Assembly: GCA_964016885.1 (NCBI GenBank)
Contig: OZ024761.1
Location: 19,468,001-19,532,000, forward strand
Direction of reading: 5' to 3'
DNA from: Eledone cirrhosa
Taxonomy: Eukaryota
DNA: 64,000 nt
The notes below the pieces were generated by a model. It was not told the origin of the DNA. It ran no database searches and saw only the letters and a program-made list of their open reading frames with translations. Shown here in pieces: positions 38,040 to 49,600 of the stretch. Positions within the stretch are counted from its first letter, which is position 1, and every line of letters begins with the position of its first letter. Both the position numbers and the translations under genes were made by a program.

Positions 38040-39724
38040 ATTACAGGGAAAAATGCGGGCGCATGTAAAGAAATATTCTTAAATTAATAAACCTAGAAAA
38101 GTAAAGGACAAGTTATTACACCTGGAAAAGTAAAGGACAAGAAAACTTCTTAAAACTTCTTAAAATATTGCAGCTATAGTATAAATTTGAATAATAAAAA
38201 ATATTTGATTTAAATATACATAGAAAGTGATAAATTCTAATAATACAGTTGACTCTCTAATTGATAATAATACTAATTTATGATCATTTATTTAATTTTG
38301 TGATCCTAATTTACACCCTAGTGGTTGGGTCATTAAATAAATATACTTTATTTTACTTTACTAAATGGGACTGAAAAAATGAGTGACAATTATAAACATC
38401 AAATAAAACAAAATTTTGCCGTGTAAATGACACTAACAATTAATTAATAATTAATTAGGGAGCCAACTGTAATGATAAATAATAACAAATTATAATTGTT
38501 TAATAATGAAATTTAAGACCTGTCAGAGATCAAAATAACCAATTTACATTTTTAGGTAGAGTAAAATTAGACTACAATTAAAAATTAAACATTGTCTAAT
38601 TCAACAGTTCATCTAATGAATTGATGAATTCACTATAATTGATTGATTCACTATAAATGAATAATTGATGAATTGACTTTTACCTAATTTTGCCCCTTGA
38701 GATGTTGAATTTTACTATATTATAAAAAAAATCTGTAAAACTCATAAAAAGTGCAATTATATGATGCACTATTTTTTATTTATTTTACTGCATTATTTTA
38801 TAACTAAATTTAAAAAAATATAATTTGATTAAGAGTGAAAATTTTTAAATATCTTATAACATAAATTAATAAATTGTACATATTAATTATTATTATTATT
38901 ATTAATTAATTATTGTACAAATTTTATTTTAAAAAGATTAATTTGTATACACCAAGAAAAAAATTAAGTATACAGTAGTCAACTCTCCCTATAAGACAGT
39001 CATTTTTCCAGTCCTTTAAAGTGATATTTTTTTAACAATTAACTTATAATTATTTATTTTTAGTTTTATAATCTAAATTTTTTTTTTCAAATTTAGACTT
39101 TAGCTGCAATATTTTAAGAAGTTTTAAGAAGTTTTCTTGTCCTTTACTTTTCCAGGTGTAATAACTTGTCCTTTACTTTTCTAGGTTTATTAATTTAAGA
39201 ATATTTCTTTACATGCGCCCGCATTTTTCCCTGTAATCCACTTTTTTTCCAGGCAATGCAAGGATATTATATTAATATTAAACATATTTATCAACAAATA
39301 AGTTAAATAAATAATAATGAATAGGAAGAAGTGCAGATAGGAAAAGTAATCAGGGTGGGAATCGAACCCACGACCTTCGGATTGCCGGTCCGCTGCTCTA
39401 CCGACTGAGCTACCTGACCACAATTCACTATTGCACAATCTATCACTATTTTAATGTATTAGAAATTAGAAACAAACTAAGCGTTACTTATGTATGTAGT
39501 TCCTTACACTCTTTTGGTCCTCACTTATTTTTATGTAACTTTTTTTCTACTGAACCAAATTTCAATATTTTTATGTCAAAAAGTAGCTTATCTGTGGTCA
39601 TATAAAGTGCAAAAAACCGCATCCAATTCTATCAAAAATTGAATTAGTAACAAAACTTTGAAGGTGTCGCGAGTGACCGAAATGGGACCTTAAGAATATT
39701 ATACACCTACTACCGTAGGTGTAT
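38040..39724. mobile_element. AT-rich composite insertion in (TA)n: 137-bp perfect inverted repeat, tRNA-like gene, terminal hairpin
   Basis: 38040-38176 is the exact reverse complement of 39101-39237; hairpin ATACACCTAC-TACC-GTAGGTGTAT at 39701-39724. Confidence 0.75.
39347..39419 (-). tRNA. tRNA-like gene (73 nt, nominal anticodon GGC), probably non-translational and element-borne
   Basis: Full cloverleaf: GGTCAGG/CCTGATT, GCTC/GAGC, CGGA/TCCG, GTGGG/CCCAC; intact A and B boxes; TTTT 1 nt downstream. C33 replaces the invariant U33. Confidence 0.7.
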
Positions 39725-40052
39725 GATATATATATATATATATATACACAGCCTTGGTGAGATGGTTATGTTTGGAATGTCTTTGAATCACAGACCTGCT
39801 ACACTAAGGCTGACCTAGGGCTAAACAACAACAACAACTTTGACATTGATATCACCACTTATACATATATATACACATGTACAAACCCTTGACATGTGTT
39901 ATCAGTAAATAGACAACTAAAGTACACAAATGCCAACTACCCATATAACCCACCCATCCCCCCAACTATACACCTCTATCTCTTTGTTATTGTTACACCA
40001 AAAATACTTTAACCTTCAACAAGGAGGTAAAAGAAACAGTGATAATTCTCAT

Positions 40053-40837
40053 TTAACCCTTTAACATTTACATTACTCTATATATACTATTGTATTTTCA
40101 TGGTAAAGGCTTTACCTCACATAATATTGAATCCATGAGATTTTGAGATTTATTTTGAGAACAATACCTTAACATCAGTATGAGCAGCCAGTTATAGCCA
40201 GTTTGAACAGAAAGAGGTGAGAGAATTCTGGCCAGTTACAGCTGGTTTGAGCAGAAAGAGGTGAGAGAATTCTGGCCAGTTACAGCTGGTTTGAGCAGAA
40301 AGAGGTGAGAGAATTCTGGCCAGTTACAGTTGGTTTGAGCAGAAAGCGGTGAGAGAATTCTGGCCAGTTACAGCTGGTTTGAGCAGAAAGAGGTGAGAGA
40401 ATTCTGGCCAGTTACAGTTGGTTTGAGCAGAAAGAGGTGAGAGAATTCTGGCCAGTTACAGCTGGTTTGAGCAGAAAGCGGTGAGAGAATTCTGGCCAGT
40501 TACAGTTGGTTTGAGCAGAAAGAGGTGAGAGAATTCTGGCCAGTTACAGCTGGTTTGAGCAGAAAGAGGTGAGAGAATTCTGGCCAGTTACAGCTGGTTT
40601 GAGCAGAAAGAGGTGAGAGAATTCTGGCCAGTTACAGCTGGTTTGAGCAGAAAGAGGTGAGAGAATTCTGGCCAGTTACAGCTGGTTTGAGCAGAAAGAG
40701 GTGAGAGAATTCTGGCCAGTTACAGCTGGTTTGAGCAGAAAGAGGTGAGAGAATTCTGGCCAGTTACAGTTGGTTTGAGCAGAAAGAGGTGAGAGAATTC
40801 TGGCCAGTTACAACTGGTTTAAATGCTAAAGGGTTAA
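40053..40837. mobile_element. piggyBac-like MITE with an internal 44-bp unit amplified ~14 times
   Basis: TTAA-CCCTTTA(A/G)CATTTA ... TAAATGCTAAAGGG-TTAA; tandem unit gcagaaagaggtgagagaattctggccagttacagctggtttga. Confidence 0.85.
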
Positions 40838-41163
40838 CCCTTTTGATATCAATGCACTTCAGACGCCACCTCCACCACTCTGGATCTCTGATATACCATA
40901 ACAAACTTATTTAAGGCTATTTACCCTGCTAGAATAGGGGACAGCATTGCAGAACACCATGACAGGGTTTATTTCAGGCAGTGGTTTTAGAAGGTCCTTT
41001 TTGAGGCAATGTTTTACAGCCGGATACCATTCCTGGTGCTAACCCTTCTAGTTACCTTATACAGCAGATACCATTAACAACGACTACAGCAACAGCTACA
41101 ATAACAACAACAACATCATCTACAACATCAACAATAATGACGACGACAATAACAACAACATCA

Positions 41164-41562
<399 letters not shown>

Positions 41563-41619
41563 TCAATACAGCGATGTTAATCAGATATAAAAAAAATCAA
41601 TACAGAGATCGATGATACT

Positions 41620-42160
41620 GATGTCAACCACATGTAGAGATCAATAGAAAGATATCAGTCACATGTAGAGATCAATATTAAAGTCAATCACATGTAGAGA
41701 TCAATATAAACATGTCAACCACATGTAGGGATCAATAGAAAGATGTCAATCACACGTAGAGATCAATATTAAAGTCAATCACATGTAGAGATCAATATTA
41801 AAGTCAATCACATGTAGAGATCAATAGAAACATGTCAACCACATGTAGAGATCAATAGAAAGATGTCAACCACATGTAGGGATCAATAGAAAAATGTCAA
41901 CCACATGTAGGGATCAATAGAAAAATGTCAACCACATGTAGAGATCAATATTAAAGTCAATCACATGTAGAGATCAATAGAAAGATGTCAGTCACATGTA
42001 GGGATCAATAGAAAGATGTCAACCACATGTAGGGATCAATAGAAAGATGTCAACCACATGTAGAGATTAATAGAAAGATGTCAGTCACATGTAGAGATTA
42101 ATAGACAGATATCAGTCACATGTAGAGATTAATAGACAGATATCAGTCACATGTAGATCA
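41620..42160. repeat. 29-31 bp minisatellite (cacatgtagagatcaatagaaagatgtcaac)
   Basis: About 17 units. Confidence 0.92.
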
Positions 42161-42371
42161 ATACAGAGTCTGTATATGAGTGAGTGTACAAGTAAGTGTG
42201 TGTGAATGCATGTGAGTGAGTGTGTGTGTGTGTGTGCATGTGAGTGAGTATGTGTTGGTGAGAGTGTGCATGTGTACGAAAGTGTGTGTGTGTGTCAGCG
42301 TGAACCAGTAAAAGAATAAAAGAATGCCATGAAACCTGCTCCCTGAATTATCTCCCAAGATCTCAACTACC

Positions 42372-42774
<403 letters not shown>

Positions 42775-43681
42775 TTAGCATTTAAACTGGCCGTCCTTAC
42801 AGATGGCCATCTTTATCCTGATCACTGGAGGAGGTTTAGAGGCCCAGGGGGTCAGATGTTTCCACAGACAGCTGCCTGTACTTTGTTAGCTTAAGGTCTT
42901 CAGCCAGCAAGGAATTCAAACCTGGGTTTGCTGCTAATTTCCATTAGTAATCATCATTATCAACATTATTTAATGTCCCTTTTCCCAGCTAACAAGGGTT
43001 GGACGAGTTGTCATAGACCAAGTTCGTATCCAAGCTGAATTACAGACCTCACAGATGGGCTGGGTACCTCTATCTCACTTACATACAATACCGTGCTTCA
43101 CTAAGCATATTTTATCATGGCACCAGCTCTAGAGAGATTGTCATGTTTTTGACACAAACTGAAGGGTCCTCCCAACCCTTTCTTTGGCAAGCTTTCTATG
43201 GCTGAATGCCCTTCCTATCACCAACCACTTTACAGCAGGTACTGGGTGTGTTTATCATGTAGATTGCCAACATCAGAAAGGTTGTCATGTCCTTGACACA
43301 ACTGAAGGAGATCTGCCCAACCCTTTCTTTGGCAAGCTTCTATGGCTGGATGCCTGACAGAAAGAGAGTATGCATAGAGATAGAAATATATGTTATCATT
43401 TTAGTAAATAGGATTTTTTTCAACATACTGACGCGCATGTGCATATATGTGCATGTGCATACATTTATATGTACGAGTATATAAATATAAATGTGCAAGC
43501 ACAGACACTCACAGACATACATTCACACAAACACACTCACACACAGCGTAGCAAATGGGATGCCAGCCGTTGTTTTGCTATAGCTTTTCACCATCCCCTT
43601 CCTTCCTTCCTTTTACACACACACACACACATTGTGTGACAGACTGACCGAAGTCGCTCAAATTTATATATAGATGTTTAC

Positions 43682-43759
43682 CTGAGCAAATTTTTTCAGG
43701 ATTTGTAAATCCTTATCACTGGTCCGTGTACAGATAGCACATGTTACTGTATATTCAAA
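43682..43759 (-). CDS. KIAA0930: KIAA0930 homologue exon
   Basis: CAG/GTAAAC, 78 nt, phase 0. Reads FEYTVTCAICTRTSDKDLQILKKFAQ. Confidence 0.94.
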
Positions 43760-43761
43760 CT

Positions 43762-43798
<37 letters not shown>

Positions 43799-44302
43799 CA
43801 ATAATAATAATAATAATTGTTTCTACTTTTGGCACAAGGCCAGCAATTACCCAGTGTATTACTGGTACTTTATTTAATCGACCCCGTAAGGATGAAAGGC
43901 AAAGTTAACTTCATAATAATAATAATGGTTTCTTAATATAGGCACAAGACCAACAATTTTGGGGGAAAGGAAAGTTGATTGAATCAACCCCAGTGCATTA
44001 CTGGTACCTTATCTTATCAACCCGCAAGGATGAAAGGCAAAGTTAACCTCGGTGGGCTTTGAACTCAATGTAAAGGGCCATATCTATGCTGCTAAGCATG
44101 TTGTCCGACGCTCTACCGATTCTGATAATTACATATGGATCTAGGCAGTGTGCGTGTAGAAGTAGAACTGTATTAGGTGTAGGTCAGGAGTGTGTGTGTA
44201 AATATACACACCTTAATGTAGAATGAGAGAGAGGTGTAGAGAGCTGATATATACACACATGTTGGAGAGAGAGAGAGAGCAAGAGAGAGGTGTAGTGGGC
44301 TA

Positions 44303-44530
<228 letters not shown>

Positions 44531-44588
44531 CTAATAAGTGAAACACTGTTTTTATATATACATTGGTGGCCTAATAGATAAGTGTATT

Positions 44589-44870
44589 TGGAGGCATGTT
44601 GCCTAGTGGTAAGTGTGTTGGACTTACAATCAATGCTGTGGGTTCAATTGCTGAACTGGGTTGTGTTCTTGAGCAAAACAATTCATTTCACATTGCTCCA
44701 GTATACTCAGCTGAAAATGCGTACCAGCAGCAATTGCTGGGGGTTTAACTATGCAATGGACTGACGTCCTATCCATGGAGAAGTCTTCTACTCTCTGTCG
44801 ATTAACAGCACAAAAACTGGGATAATCACTGGCCTCATGAGCATCTGAGCTCAAGACAGACTTTAGACTT
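44589..44870 (+). mobile_element. SINE family 3 (tRNA head, CORE-like body, different 3' half); partial copies at 45235-45395+ and 60877-61070-
   Basis: Same head and body as family 2, but 3' part gcaatggactgacgtcct...gagctcaagacagacttta. Confidence 0.65.
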
Positions 44871-45669
44871 CTTTTTAGTATTACACTTAGTTTAACCCTG
44901 TAGCATTTACATTACTCTATATATACTATTGTATTTTTGTGGTAAATGCTTTATCTCACATAATCTACAAGATTTTCATTTTATTCATTTTGAGAACAAT
45001 ACCTTAATGTCAGTATAAGTAACCAGTTACAGCCGGTTTGAACAGAAAGAGGTGAGAAAATTCTGGCCAGATATGGCTGGTTTAAATGCTAAAGGGTTAA
45101 ACTGAGTGTAACAGAGTTTCTATCCATACATCTGAGGTCTAGTGGATATACGTGTCATGTTGTTATTCTTAGACTAGACATGAAATATTCCTGGTTCAAA
45201 ACCAGTCTAGAACAATGTCTAACAAAAACTAGCAAGAGCTGGGGGTTTAACTCCGCGATGGCCTGGCGTCCTGTCCAGGGGAAGGGTCTTGTACTCTCAG
45301 TAGCTTAACGCCACAAAAACTGGGATAAGCATTGGCCTGGTGAGCTTCTGAGCTTGAGGCAGACTTAAGACTCTTTTTCGTATTACACTTAGTTTAACTC
45401 CCTAGAAATGGCCCCAGTGTGAAGGGCTTTCAGTATAGGGAGTGATCGAACCTGTATCCCTTACTTCCACAGTATTTTATCTCCCTAAAAGATGGCCCCA
45501 GTGTAGGGAGGGATTGAACCTGTGTCCCTTTCCTCCACACTATCTTAACTCCCTAGCAGATGTTCCACAGCGGTATGGTAACCATGGTAACACCAACAAC
45601 TTAACAGAGGAAAGACCAGGGATAATCGCCTGAGTTATTGATCCTTGGGATTTGGAAGAGGGATTAACT

Positions 45670-46375
45670 TAGTAGTAATGGTGGAGGTGGTGGTGGTAGT
45701 GGTGATGGTGGTAGTAGTAGTAGTGATGATAGTGGTGGTGGTGGTGGTGGTAGTAGTAGAGGTGGTGGTGGTAGTGGTGATGGTGGTAGTAGTAGTAGTG
45801 GTGATAGTGGTGGTGGTAGTAATGATGGTAGTGGTGGTGGTGGTGGTAGTAGTGGAGGTGGTGGTGGTAGTGGTAGTGGTGATGGTGGTGGTGATGGTAG
45901 TAGTAGTGATGGTGGTAGTAGTAGTAGTAGTGGTAGTGGTAGTGGTGATGGTGGTAGTAGTAGTAGTGGTAGTGGTGATAGTGGTAGTGGTGGTGGTGGT
46001 GGTGGTGGTGGTAGTGGTGGTGGTGGTGGTAGTGGTGGTGGTGGTGGTAGTGGTAATAGTAGTACTGGTGGTGATAGTGATGGTGGTGGTAGTAGTAGTA
46101 GTAGTAGTACTGGTTAGAAGCAGTATTTGTAGTATCAGTAGTGGTGGTGATGGTAATAGCAGGATTATTTGTAGCAATAGTGGTGGTAGTAGTAGTAGTA
46201 GGAGTATTTGTAGTAATAGTAGTAGTATTGCTTGTGGTGGTGCTATTTGTAGTATTAGTATTGGTAGTAGTAGCAACTGCAGTCAAAGTGGTAGAAGTAA
46301 CTGTAGTAGTAGTAGTAGTAGTAGCAGCAGTGGTAGTAGTTGTGGTGGTGATAGTAGTAGTAGTAGTGGTGGTAT
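45670..46375. repeat. (GTG/GTA)n trinucleotide tract abutting an exon donor
   Basis: Low-complexity; source of the poly-V/poly-T/poly-H ORFs. Confidence 0.95.
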
Positions 46376-46382
46376 TACTTAC

Positions 46383-46537
46383 CTGAATTTGAGGAATGCG
46401 ACCGCGATTAATGTGACATTTCCGAACATAAAAGACCATGTCATCTCGTTCGTCATCGTTGATGCTGCCTTCTATGAAGTATTCAGTAAATAGAGTAGTC
46501 CAGAATTTGTTGGTGCTAACAACTTCAATACTATCGG
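46383..46537 (-). CDS. KIAA0930: KIAA0930 homologue exon (first confidently identified)
   Basis: ttttctattccAG/GTAAGT, 155 nt, phase 1->0. Reads DSIEVVSTNKFWTTLFTEYFIEGSINDDERDDMVFYVRKCHINRGRIPQIQ, with FWTxxFxxYF and DDMxFYVR motifs. Confidence 0.95.
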
Positions 46538-46610
46538 CTGGAATAGAAAACAAAAGGAAAAAGAATAAGAGCCAATCATCGCATTGGATAAAGGAAACAC
46601 TGTTTGGATT

Positions 46611-49600
46611 GGTCACAAACCCTGGTGGAAGGAGTCAATCCTCAGACTAGACCAAGGGAACTGTGTTTCCATTGGTGATACTATCTGTTGGTCACAAACA
46701 CTGGTGGAAGGAGTCAATCCTTAGACTGGACCAAGGGAACTGTGTTTCCATTGGTGATACTATCTGTTGGTCACAAACCCTGGTGGAAGGAGTCAATCTT
46801 CAGACTAGACCAAGGCAACTGTGTTTCCAGTGGTGATACTATCTGTTGGTCACAAACCCTGGTGGAAGGAGTCAATCCTCAGACTGGACCAAGGAAACTG
46901 TGTTTCCATTGGTGATACTATCTGTTGGTCACAACCCCTGGTGGAAGGAGTCAATCCTCAGACTGGACCAAGGGAACTGTGTTTCCATTGGTGATACTAT
47001 CTGTTGGTCACAACCCCTGGTGGAAGGAGTCAATCCTCAGACTGGACCAAGGGAACTGTGTTTCCATTGGTGATACTATCTGTTGGTCACAACCCCTGGT
47101 GGAAGGAGTCAATCCTCAGACTAGACCAAGGAAACTGTGTTTCCAGTGGTGATACTATCTGTTGGTCACAACTCCTGGTGGAAGGAGTCAATCCTCAGAC
47201 TAGACCAAGGAAACTGTGTTTCCAGTGGTGATACTATCTGTTGGTCACAACTCCTGGTGGAAGGAGTCAATCCTCAGACTAGACCAAGGAAACTGTGTTT
47301 CCAGTGGTGATACTATCTGTTGGTCACAAACCCTGGTGGAAGGAGTCAATCCTCAGACTAGACCAAGGCAACTGTGTTTCCATTGGTGATACTATCTGTT
47401 GGTCACAACTCCTGGTGGAAGGAGTCAATCCTCAGACTAGACCAAGGAAACTGTGTTTCCAGTGGTGATACTATCTGTTGGTCACAAACCCTGGTGGAAG
47501 GAGTCAATCCTCAGACTAGACCAAGGCAACTGTGTTTCCAGTGGTGATACTATCTGTTGGTCACAACTCCTGGTGGAAGGAGTCAATCCTCAGACTAGAC
47601 CAAGGCAACTGTGTTTCCAGTGGTGATACTATCTGTTGGTCACAAACCCTGGTGGAAGGAGTTAATCCTCAGACTAGAGCAAGGGAACTGTGTTTCCATT
47701 GGTGATACTATCTGTTGGTCACAAACCCTGGTGGAAGGAGTCAATCCTCAGACTAGACCAAGGGAACTGTGTTTCCAGTGGTGATACTATCTGTTGGTCA
47801 CAACTCCTGGTGGAAGGAGTCAATCCTCAGACTAGACCAAGGCAACTGTGTTTCCAGTGGTGATACTATCTGTTGGTCACAACTCCTGGTGGAAGGAGTC
47901 AATCCTCAGACTAGACCAAGGGAACTGTGTTTCCATTGGTGATACTATCTGTTGGTCACAAACCCTGGTGGAAGGAGTCAATCCTCAGACTAGACCAAGG
48001 CAACTGTGTTTCCAGTGGTGATACTATCTGTTGGTCACAACTCCTGGTGGAAGGAGTCAATCCTCAGACTAGACCAAGGCAACTGTGTTTCCAGTGGTGA
48101 TACTATCTGTTGGTCACAACTCCTGGTGGAAGGAGTCAATCCTCAGACTAGACCAAGGGAACTGTGTTTCCATTGGTGATACTATCTGTTGGTCACAAAC
48201 CCTGGTGGAAGGAGTCAATCCTCAGACTAGACCAAGGCAACTGTGTTTCCAGTGGTGATACTATCTGTTGGTCACAACTCCTGGTGGAAGGAGTCAATCC
48301 TCAGACTAGACCAAGGGAACTGTGTTTCCATTGGTGATACTATCTGTTGGTCACAACTCCTGGTGGAAGGAGTCAATCCTCAGACTAGACCAAGGAAACT
48401 GTGTTTCCAGTGGTGATACTATCTGTTGGTCACAACTCCTGGTGGAAGGAGTCAATCCTCAGACTAGAGCAAGGGAACTGTGTTTCCATTGGTGATACTA
48501 TCTGTTGGTCACAAACCCTGGTGGAAGGAGTCAATCCTCAGACTAGACCAAGGGAACTGTGTTTCCAGTGGTGATACTATCTGTTGGTCACAACTCCTGG
48601 TGGAAGGAGTCAATCCTCAGACTAGACCAAGGCAACTGTGTTTCCAGTGGTGATACTATCTGTTGGTCACAACTCCTGGTGGAAGGAGTCAATCCTCAGA
48701 CTAGACCAAGGGAACTGTGTTTCCATTGGTGATACTATCTGTTGGTCACAAACCCTGGTGGAAGGAGTCAATCCTCAGACTAGACCAAGGCAACTGTGTT
48801 TCCAGTGGTGATACTATCTGTTGGTCACAACTCCTGGTGGAAGGAGTCAATCCTCAGACTAGACCAAGGGAACTGTGTTTCCATTGGTGATACTATCTGT
48901 TGGTCACAACTCCTGGTGGAAGGAGTCAATCCTCAGACTAGACCAAGGAAACTGTGTTTCCAGTGGTGATACTATCTGTTGGTCACAACTCCTGGTGGAA
49001 GGAGTCAATCCTCAGACTAGACCAAGGGAACTGTGTTTCCATTGGTGATACTATCTGTTGGTCACAAACCCTGGTGGAAGGAGTCAATCCTCAGACTAGA
49101 GCAAGGGAACTGTGTTTGCGTTGGTGATACTATCTGTTGGTCACAACTCCTGGTGGAAGGAGTCAATCCTCAGACTAGACCAAGGGAACTGTGTTTCCAG
49201 TGGTGATACTATCTGTTGGTCACAAACCCTGGAGGAAGGAGTCAATCCTCAGACTAGACCAAGGGAACTGTGTTTGCGTTGGTGATACTATCTGTTGGTC
49301 ACAACTCCTGGTGGAAGGAGTCAATCCTCAGACTAGACCAAGGGAACTGTGTTTGCGTTGGTGATACTATCTGTTGGTCACAAACCCTGGTGGAAGGAGT
49401 CAATCCTCAGACTAGACCAAGGCAACTGTGTTTCCAGTGGTGATACTATCTGTTGGTCACAAACCCTGGTGGAAGGAGTCAATCCTCAGACTAGACCAAG
49501 GGAACTGTGTTTCCAGTGGTGATACTATCTGTTGGTCACAACTCCTGGTGGAAGGAGTCAATCCTCAGACTAGACCAAGGCAACTGTGTTTCCATTGGTG

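Noticed and set aside
39347-39419. Functional tRNA-Ala(GGC)
   Set aside because: Lacks U33 and G3:U70, has a 27-43 mismatch, and GGC is not a normal eukaryotic Ala anticodon; kept only as tRNA-like.
46630-46740. Hammerhead in the satellite (minus strand has CUGAGGA ... GAAAC-ACA-GUU in every unit)
   Set aside because: Stem I and stem II cannot pair in the register the catalytic core requires.
46688-47231. Repeated 75-aa ORFs in the satellite
   Set aside because: A 79-bp unit shifts frame each copy, and a TAG is present in most monomers.
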